From: Mycobacterium tuberculosis H37Rv
Lineage (GTDB): Bacteria; Actinomycetota; Actinomycetes; Mycobacteriales; Mycobacteriaceae
Length of the DNA: 32,000 nucleotides
Assembly: GCF_000195955.2 (NCBI RefSeq)
Contig: NC_000962.3
Span: forward strand, 2,280,001 to 2,312,000
Direction of reading: 5' to 3'
Position 1 is the stretch's first letter. Each line of letters begins with the position of its first letter. Below the pieces are notes generated by a model. That model made no database searches. It was not told where the DNA came from and was given only the letters and a program-made list of their open reading frames with translations. Positions 7,884 to 14,530 of the stretch are shown here, piece after piece. Position numbers and translations under genes: made by a program.

Positions 7884-8681
7884 TCAGGCTGGGAAGTACC
7901 GAATCCGATTGATCCGGTTGCCGCGCCACGGCACGTCGGCGAACATGATGCCGCGCCGGTGGTCCGACGCGAGCGACACCGCGACGGTGGATCCGGCACC
8001 GGTCACCTTGGTCCAGCTAGCCCCGCGCAGCTGCTCGAACAGCTCGACAATGTCGAGTAGCTCATCCTCGCCTAAAGTCATTGTGGCAGTGCGTGATAAC
8101 GCGTGATACGCAGCGGACTTGTCTGCCCGGGACGCGGCGTTGAGGAACGTTTCCACCAGCTTCTTGTGCCGCCGGCCCGCCCGGCGAAAGCCGGTCAGGA
8201 ATCCTGCGGTGCCGCCCAACCCTTGATTGCCTAGCAGCGCTCGCGACAGTTGCAGGGCGGGTCTTGTGGCCCCCGATCCCGTGCGCAGAAACTGCAGCAT
8301 CATCGCCGGCAACTCCCAGTACGCCCGCAGTGCGGCAATCTGCCACTCGCCGGTAACCGGTCGTAGGTCATAGCGTAGGAAGGCGGGAATGAACACCGTC
8401 ACAGCCGAGTCCATCGCGACCTCGAGTTCGAGATCGCGCAGCACCACCGTGCCGGAGACGATATCCAGATCGCGATGGAACGTGATATCCCGCGGCCCGA
8501 TGAAGGTGTCGTAGAAGCGGCCGATGGCCTCATGCCCCACCTGCGGCTGCGAACCCACCGGGTCTTCGACCCGCGCGTCACCGGTGAACAACCCGACCCA
8601 GCCGGCGCGGTCGTGCGCGGCGGCCGCTTGCGGCGAGCGCTCCACCGCCGCCAACAGTTCATCCCGGTTCGGCGGTGCCAT
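7884..8681 (-). CDS. SnoaL-like / NTF2-fold (ketosteroid-isomerase-like) domain protein (Rv2042c-like), 265 aa
   Basis: The N-terminal 130 aa (ELLAAVERSPQAAAAHDRAGWVGLFTGDARVEDPVGSQP...) matches the SnoaL/NTF2 pattern. The ATG at 8681 shares one base with the pncA stop (TGATG). Confidence 0.75.
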   Translation of the reverse strand: MAPPNRDELLAAVERSPQAAAAHDRAGWVGLFTGDARVEDPVGSQPQVGHEAIGRFYDTFIGPRDITFHRDLDIVSGTVVLRDLELEVAMDSAVTVFIPAFLRYDLRPVTGEWQIAALRAYWELPAMMLQFLRTGSGATRPALQLSRALLGNQGLGGTAGFLTGFRRAGRRHKKLVETFLNAASRADKSAAYHALSRTATMTLGEDELLDIVELFEQLRGASWTKVTGAGSTVAVSLASDHRRGIMFADVPWRGNRINRIRYFPA

Positions 8682-9241
8682 CAGGAGCTGCAAACCAACT
8701 CGACGCTGGCGGTGCGCATCTCCTCCAGCGCGGCGACGGTGGTATCGGCCGACACACCCGCTGTCAGGTCCACCAGCACCCTGGTGGCCAAGCCATTGCG
8801 TACCGCGTCCTCGGCCGTCTGGCGCACACAATGATCGGTGGCAATACCGACCACATCGACCTCATCGACGCCGCGTTGCCGCAGCCAATTCAGCAGTGGC
8901 GTGCCGTTCTCGTCGACTCCTTCGAAGCCGCTGTACGCTCCGGTGTAGGCACCCTTGTAGAACACCGCCTCGATTGCCGACGTGTCCAGACTGGGATGGA
9001 AGTCCGCGCCGGGAGTACCGCTGACGCAATGCGGTGGCCACGACGAGGAATAGTCCGGTGTGCCGGAGAAGTGGTCACCCGGGTCGATGTGGAAGTCCTT
9101 GGTTGCCACGACGTGATGGTAGTCCGCCGCTTCGGCCAGGTAGTCGCTGATGGCGCGGGCCAGCGCGGCGCCACCGGTTACCGCCAGCGAGCCACCCTCG
9201 CAGAAGTCGTTCTGCACGTCGACGATGATCAACGCCCGCAT
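8681..9241 (-). CDS. pncA: pyrazinamidase/nicotinamidase PncA, 186 aa, apparently the wild-type M. tuberculosis allele
   Basis: The protein MRALIIVDVQNDFCEGGSLAV...ELVCSS is recognised. The catalytic residues Asp8, Lys96 and Cys138 and the metal ligands Asp49, His51, His57 and His71 are present. Codon 57 is CAC (His), at 9071-9073. Confidence 0.97.
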   Translation of the reverse strand: MRALIIVDVQNDFCEGGSLAVTGGAALARAISDYLAEAADYHHVVATKDFHIDPGDHFSGTPDYSSSWPPHCVSGTPGADFHPSLDTSAIEAVFYKGAYTGAYSGFEGVDENGTPLLNWLRQRGVDEVDVVGIATDHCVRQTAEDAVRNGLATRVLVDLTAGVSADTTVAALEEMRTASVELVCSS

Positions 9242-9247
9242 ACGTCC

Positions 9248-9253
9248 ACCATA
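9248..9253 (-). promoter_or_regulatory. -10 hexamer TATGGT at positions -12..-7 of pncA; predicts a leaderless pncA transcript
   Basis: The minus strand reads G-TATGGT-GGACGT-ATG. This is a TANNNT hexamer whose last T is 7 nt before the A of the ATG. Position -11 is the wild-type A, which is the site of the well-known A-11G resistance mutation. Confidence 0.5.
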
Positions 9254-9281
9254 CGTTCGGGCGACTGCCCGGGCAGTTTGC

Positions 9282-9599
9282 CTACCGACGCGGCAGCCAC
9301 AGATATAGGGTCCATGACGCCGCGACGATCGCGAACATGACCAGCTGAGCGGCGGCCACCCAACCGGCGGGATAGATCACGCCGGTGATGTAGTGAGCGA
9401 CAAATCCGTCCGGTGACAGAGGTGTCATCGCGGCCTTGGTGCGAGCCCAGCGCTCCACCCAGGTCAGCGGGCAGTCGACCCGCTTAGCGGCGATGCCGAT
9501 CCCCCATATCACCGCCGGAACATGCAGCCACATCGTGCGTCGCCACCGCAGGGCAAGGAAACCGCCGGCAAGGACGTAAGCGATGAAAGCGAAGTGCAT
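9282..9599 (-). CDS. small integral membrane protein, DUF2784-like (Rv2044c-like), 105 aa (alternative ATG at 9632 would give 116 aa)
   Basis: There are three hydrophobic helices (MHFAFIAYVLAGGFLAL, LHVPAVIWGIGIAA, VAAAQLVMFAIVAASWTLYLW). The upstream part of the 199-aa ORF is low-complexity. GC3 drops between 9600 and 9632, which favours the shorter form. Confidence 0.7.
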   Translation of the reverse strand: MHFAFIAYVLAGGFLALRWRRTMWLHVPAVIWGIGIAAKRVDCPLTWVERWARTKAAMTPLSPDGFVAHYITGVIYPAGWVAAAQLVMFAIVAASWTLYLWLPRR

Positions 9600-9684
9600 T
9601 ACCACCGTTGATACAACGACGGTTTCGTACATCTCTCGGGTTGCCTTTCCAGGTCGCGGCGCTCCGGCCACTGACAGAAAAGGT

Positions 9685-11220
9685 TCAATTCGCCAGCGAA
9701 AACCCGTCCCATGCGATCCGGCGGTGCTGATGCGGATCGAACTCGATGCGGCACCTGCGGTCGAAAACCAGGACGGCACGGTCGTCTTGGGTGTAAGCCG
9801 GCCAGTCGTCGCCCGGAACACCAATTTGGCTGAAACAACGCCAGCGGCGTTGCACCTCGTTGCTGACCCGAAGGGCGGCACGGCGGTCGGCGGCGGCGGT
9901 CAGCAATGCGCCAAATCTGGTGCGATAGATGTCGAAGACGGCAAACAGTTCGGTGGCATGGGTGGCGCCGAAACCCGACCAGCGCAGCGTCCGTGGCGCG
10001 TAGTCATATCGGTATAGGTAGGTGGGCGCATTGGCGCCGTGAGCCTCGGCGATCTGCCAGGCCGCCGAGCTAAAGGCGAAGTCACCACCGAGCTGGATGC
10101 ACGCCGAGGGCGCAGGGTAATTCGGGTAGGCGGCGGTAATGCGTTCACGATCGGCCGGTTTCATGCCCGACAGTAGCTCTTCAACCATCGGTTCGTTGGT
10201 CGGCAGCATCCCCAGAAAGCGGGTGAACAACCGACCCTCTTCGGCGTTGGTTCCCACGATCAGCGGAACCGCGTGCACCCGGCCGGACCGCATCGCCTCG
10301 ACGGGGTCCATGGGCAGGTAGTCGTCGCCGAACACCGGACCAATCGGGAAGGCGCCCAGCCTTTTCCGCATTCCCTGGCGAATCAGGTGGTGTTGGGCTT
10401 CCACCAGCTGCGCGGGGGACGCCTGCATCAACGCATTGGCGGCATCCTGGGTACGCGCGCCGATCAGATTGGCAAAGCGTGCCGCGAACTCGGCGGCCAC
10501 CTCGCGCGAACGCACCATGCCCGCCGCTGGGCTTTCCGAGATCGCCCTGGCGAATAGGCCTTTGGCGGCTGGCACCGCCAACAGTGTGGCGGTGATATGC
10601 GCGCCCGCGCTTTCGCCGAAAATGGTGACATTGCCTGGGTCACCGCCGAACTCCGCGATGTTGTCGTGGACCCAACGCAACGCCAACACCAGGTCGCGCA
10701 GGTACACGTTGCTGTCGAGGGTGATCTGCGGTGTCGACAAGGACGACAGGTCAAGACACCCCAACGCGCCCAGCCGGTAGTTGACCGACACGTACACGCA
10801 GCCGCGGCGTGCCAACGCTGCGCCGTCGTATATCGGGGTTGCCGAGCTGCCCAGGATGTAGCCCCCACCGTGGATGAACACCATTACCGGCAGCGGCTGG
10901 GTGGCTGGCTCTTCGGGTGTGACGACGTTGAGGGTGAGACAGTCCTCGCTGCGGGTCTGGTACCTGCCGATGCCCATCACGGTGTAGCGGCGCTGCTGAG
11001 GAGCACAGTTGGCAAACGTGTGGCAGTGCCGTACGCCCGGCCAGGGCTGCGCTGGCTGCGGCGCCCGGAATCGCAGCGAGCCCACCGGCGCCCTGGCGTA
11101 AGGGATTGATCGCCAACGGTGCACACCGTCGCGCGTGAAGCCTTCAACGATGCCGGTGGCCGTGCGGGCGCGCACGGTGCGCTCGTGCATAGACCCGACG
11201 GTAGCCGACTCCAGGGCCAC
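9685..11220 (-). CDS. lipT: type-B carboxylesterase/lipase LipT, 511 aa
   Basis: The carboxylesterase type-B signature is present, with the nucleophile elbow FGESAGA, the oxyanion HGGG region (VFIHGGGYILG) and the N-terminal FRAPQP motif. The full ORF starts with GTG at 11220. Confidence 0.9.
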   Translation of the reverse strand: MALESATVGSMHERTVRARTATGIVEGFTRDGVHRWRSIPYARAPVGSLRFRAPQPAQPWPGVRHCHTFANCAPQQRRYTVMGIGRYQTRSEDCLTLNVVTPEEPATQPLPVMVFIHGGGYILGSSATPIYDGAALARRGCVYVSVNYRLGALGCLDLSSLSTPQITLDSNVYLRDLVLALRWVHDNIAEFGGDPGNVTIFGESAGAHITATLLAVPAAKGLFARAISESPAAGMVRSREVAAEFAARFANLIGARTQDAANALMQASPAQLVEAQHHLIRQGMRKRLGAFPIGPVFGDDYLPMDPVEAMRSGRVHAVPLIVGTNAEEGRLFTRFLGMLPTNEPMVEELLSGMKPADRERITAAYPNYPAPSACIQLGGDFAFSSAAWQIAEAHGANAPTYLYRYDYAPRTLRWSGFGATHATELFAVFDIYRTRFGALLTAAADRRAALRVSNEVQRRWRCFSQIGVPGDDWPAYTQDDRAVLVFDRRCRIEFDPHQHRRIAWDGFSLAN

Positions 11221-11256
11221 GCGGCATGCGCAGTGCAGGAATGGGGGCGGGGCGGC

Positions 11257-11262
11257 TAGCCT
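11257..11262 (+). promoter_or_regulatory. -10 hexamer TAGCCT predicting a leaderless lppI transcript
   Basis: TAGCCT-GTCGGG-ATG. This is a TANNNT hexamer whose last T is 7 nt before the A of the lppI ATG (11269). No Shine-Dalgarno sequence is present. Confidence 0.4.
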
Positions 11263-11268
11263 GTCGGG

Positions 11269-11925
11269 ATGCGGATCGCCGCGCTGGTCGCAGTGTCGTT
11301 GCTGATTGCGGGGTGCTCGCGCGAGGTCGGCGGTGATGTAGGGCAGTCGCAGACCATCGCCCCGCCGGCGCCCGCCCCGTCGGCGGCGCCGTCAACACCA
11401 CCGGCCGCAGGAGCGCCGATCACCACTATCGTGTCTTGGATTGAGGCGGGTCACCCGGTTGATCCCGCCGCCTATCACGTCGCCACCCGCGACGGCGTCA
11501 CCACCCAGCTTGGCGACGACGTCGCGTTCAGCGCTTCGTCGGGCACGGTGGCCTGTATGACGGATGCCAGGCACACTAGCGGCACCCTGGCCTGCCTGGT
11601 CCGACTCGCGAACCCACCACCCCGGCCCGAGACGGCCTACGGCGAATGGAAGGGCGGCTGGGTCGACTTTGACGGCATCCACCTGCAGGTCGGGTCCGCC
11701 CGCGCCGACCCGGGCCCGTTCGTCTACGGCAATGGACCCGAGCTGGCCAACGGGGACACGCTGTCGATCGGGGACTACCGCTGCCGCTCCTATCAAGCGG
11801 GCCTGTTCTGCGTGAACTACGCCCATCAGTCCGCGGTCCGGTTCGCCAGCGCCGGGATCGAGCCGTTCGGCTGCCTGAAGCCGGCGCCGCCACCCGACGG
11901 CGTGGGCGTTGCGTTCGGCTGCTGA
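11269..11925 (+). CDS. lppI: lipoprotein LppI, 218 aa
   Basis: The signal peptide and lipobox MRIAALVAVSLLIAGC are followed by a Pro/Ala-rich linker and a Cys-containing globular domain. Confidence 0.9.
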   Translation: MRIAALVAVSLLIAGCSREVGGDVGQSQTIAPPAPAPSAAPSTPPAAGAPITTIVSWIEAGHPVDPAAYHVATRDGVTTQLGDDVAFSASSGTVACMTDARHTSGTLACLVRLANPPPRPETAYGEWKGGWVDFDGIHLQVGSARADPGPFVYGNGPELANGDTLSIGDYRCRSYQAGLFCVNYAHQSAVRFASAGIEPFGCLKPAPPPDGVGVAFGC

Positions 11926-11961
11926 GGTGCACCCGTCACAAGCTGACACGACGAACTAGGT

Positions 11962-14526
11962 TCAGCGACTGAGATCGCTTCCCGGAAGCGCCGGCCCATC
12001 TTCGGACGCCAGCTCAACCACATGAATTTCCCCGGTAGCCCCGTCGACCTCCACCAATGCTCCTGGTGGCAGAAACCGGGTAGCTCCCTGGGCGTCGACC
12101 ACGCAAGGGAATCCGAACTCGCGGGCGACCACCGCGGCATGTGACATCGGGCCGCCGAGCTCGGTCACCACGGCGGCGGCGTAGCAGAAGGCCGCGGTGT
12201 ATCCGACGTCGGTGACCTCGGCGACCAGAATCTCGCCGGGCTGCAAATCGTCGATGGTCTCCGGACGCACGATCCGCACCCGGCCGCGCACCCGTCCGCC
12301 GCAGACGCCGACTCCGCGTAGAGTGTCCCCGGCTGCCAGCGCCGCCGCCGACGAAGGCGACGGTTCCCAGCTTCCGCTGAACACCGTGGGCGGAACGATG
12401 CCGGCAAGCCTGCGCTGTTCGGCACGGCGCCGAGCCACCAGCCCCGACACGTCTGCCGGCAGCGCATCGATTTCATCGACCAAGAGGTAGAACACATCGT
12501 CCGGGGTGTCGAAGACGCCGGCCTCGGTCAGCCGGCGCCCGTACTCCCGCAGCAGAGCACGCAGCACCCAGATGGCACGCACCATCCTGTCGCGGCGGAC
12601 CTCGCGGTCGCGGAGCTGGCGGGCCGCCAGCAACGCAACGGGCTTGGCCCGCAACGGAATCACCGGCGTCGGCGGTTGCGGCGCTGGCACCGCACGTAGC
12701 GTCTTGGCTACCATCCGCACCAGCAACTCGGGGTTGTCGGCATAGCTGGTGGCGGCCATCTCGACTTCCGCCGGACCGCGGTGCCCGATCAGCGTCAGCT
12801 CGGCCAGCACCGCGGAATGGAACTCCGGCGCCTCGACAGCTAGCTTGTCCAGACGCTCCCCCGGCTCGGCCAGCAACCGAATCACGACCGGATCCCGCCG
12901 TGCCGCGGCCACCAGCCGCTGCACCGCCTCCACCGATCGCGCGCTGACCAACTCCGGCCCGGCCGCCGGTGCGGTGTCCCGCCCGCACAATCCTCGCAAC
13001 AACACGTTGAACGCCGCACACAGCATGAACGACCCCGAGGCCAGCACCCAGCCGTGCACGACGTGGTCACGTGCCAACAAGATCAGGCTCAACAACCGGC
13101 GGTCGTCGTGGGTAGCGAGGTTATCGAAGGCGAGACGCTCCAGGCGATCGACGTCGGCGACATAGGCATCGGTGTCGCGGGGTGAGCCGGCGGACAGGCC
13201 CACCAGGTTGACGCCGAACACCCCGATATTGCGTAGCGTACGTAACCACCTGCGGGCACGGCTGGATTCCGATGGCGGTCGCTGCGCGCCAAAGATGGGC
13301 AGCGAAGCCATGCTGGGTCCGAAGAACCCGCTGTTGCTGACGATCGTCGCCGGCTTGGCGAAGGGGACGGTTGCTGCCATGAAATGCGCCGACGTGATGG
13401 CCCCGTACAGCCGGTGGGCGAACACCGCGACGGTCCGCATGGCGATTTCGCGCTGGATCACCCCGCTGGGCCGCAGCCGCTCGGCGATGCCCACCCCGCC
13501 GGCACGCAGGCCCCGCACAGTCACCGATGCCGACGACGGCGAGAACGGGCCGGGCAGCGCCTCCGAGAGGTTGGTGGCCAGATAGGTCGGGAAGCGCGGG
13601 TCGATCGGCGTGTCGAACTCGCCGTTGGCCCCTTCTGGGCCGGCCAATCTGGGTGCGACACCGTCGTCTGCCGGGGAGTCGACCGCCGGAAGGTCCTGGA
13701 TGTTAGCCAGCCGCCAAGGCAGGGAAAATGTTCGCTTTCCCAGACCGATCCGGCCACGCACCGCCAGGGTGAAGTCTTCGAGACACTCCTCGGCGTTCCA
13801 GGCCGGCTGGAATCCCCAGCGGTCACGCAGGAGCGTGACATCCATCAATGGCGCGCTGTGCAGGAGTTCGAGTTCGGCGAACGAGGTGACACGTCGTAGC
13901 ACTGGGGAGCCAATAGGCACCATGGGCCGCCCGAGCGCGGCCGCAATGCGCCGAAACGTCAACTCGCCAGGGGCGGCGAGATTAACAGGGCCGCTGTCGA
14001 TTACCGTGTCCAGTAGCGCGCGAACCAACAGCCGCTGCGCGTCGTCGGAGTGGACGACTTGTACGACGCGATCAGCATACCCGGCGGGTAACACCGGCAG
14101 AGCAAACAGCCGCTGCACCCAGTTGTCGACATTTCGACCGAAAATGAGCGCGCAGCGCACGGCGACCCATTCCAGGCCGCAGTCGGCCAGCATCTGCTCG
14201 ACGCGGGGTTGGTGACCGCTGGACGTGAAAACGATGCGCCCGGTTCCGGTCTCGGCCATCGCCTTGAGGACATTGGCGGTGCCGTCGATATTGATGTGGT
14301 CGTTTCGGCCACGCACCCACGCACAATGCGCGACCACATCCGCACCTGTCATAGCACTTTCGACGGCGGTGGCATCCCGGATATCGGCCGCAATGAAATC
14401 CGCTGAGCTCGGCCAGCTGTCCGGTCGATGACGTGCGATTCCGACGACCTCGTGACCCTGACTCAGCAATCTGGCGGTCAGGCCGCGGCCGAGAACTCCG
14501 CTGGCCCCGGTGACGGCGATTCTCAC
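11962..14526 (-). CDS. chimeric protein (Rv2047c-like), 854 aa: N-terminal NAD(P)-binding Rossmann (atypical extended SDR/epimerase-like) domain, a large middle domain, and a C-terminal PEP-utilising-enzyme mobile (phosphohistidine swivel) domain
   Basis: The GTG at 14526 lies 4 nt after the pks12 stop. Motifs are VRIAVTGASGVLGRG (GxxGxxG) and GGPMSHAAVVAREFGFPCVV (swivel-His signature, His codon 12139-12141). The longer 1039-aa ORF extension overlaps pks12 and is rejected. Confidence 0.9.
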   Translation of the reverse strand: MRIAVTGASGVLGRGLTARLLSQGHEVVGIARHRPDSWPSSADFIAADIRDATAVESAMTGADVVAHCAWVRGRNDHINIDGTANVLKAMAETGTGRIVFTSSGHQPRVEQMLADCGLEWVAVRCALIFGRNVDNWVQRLFALPVLPAGYADRVVQVVHSDDAQRLLVRALLDTVIDSGPVNLAAPGELTFRRIAAALGRPMVPIGSPVLRRVTSFAELELLHSAPLMDVTLLRDRWGFQPAWNAEECLEDFTLAVRGRIGLGKRTFSLPWRLANIQDLPAVDSPADDGVAPRLAGPEGANGEFDTPIDPRFPTYLATNLSEALPGPFSPSSASVTVRGLRAGGVGIAERLRPSGVIQREIAMRTVAVFAHRLYGAITSAHFMAATVPFAKPATIVSNSGFFGPSMASLPIFGAQRPPSESSRARRWLRTLRNIGVFGVNLVGLSAGSPRDTDAYVADVDRLERLAFDNLATHDDRRLLSLILLARDHVVHGWVLASGSFMLCAAFNVLLRGLCGRDTAPAAGPELVSARSVEAVQRLVAAARRDPVVIRLLAEPGERLDKLAVEAPEFHSAVLAELTLIGHRGPAEVEMAATSYADNPELLVRMVAKTLRAVPAPQPPTPVIPLRAKPVALLAARQLRDREVRRDRMVRAIWVLRALLREYGRRLTEAGVFDTPDDVFYLLVDEIDALPADVSGLVARRRAEQRRLAGIVPPTVFSGSWEPSPSSAAALAAGDTLRGVGVCGGRVRGRVRIVRPETIDDLQPGEILVAEVTDVGYTAAFCYAAAVVTELGGPMSHAAVVAREFGFPCVVDAQGATRFLPPGALVEVDGATGEIHVVELASEDGPALPGSDLSR

Positions 14527-14530
14527 GGTC

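Noticed and set aside
9265-9276. The palindrome CTGCCCGGGCAG between Rv2044c and pncA as an intrinsic terminator
   Set aside because: It is a 6+6 palindrome with no loop and no downstream U-tract, so it is unlikely to terminate transcription. I kept it only as a note within the pncA upstream finding.
11392-11949. A 185-aa minus-strand ORF antisense to lppI (and 11576..11932)
   Set aside because: It is a mirror frame of a gene with a clear lipoprotein signal peptide. The translation is Arg/Gly/Ala-rich with no features.
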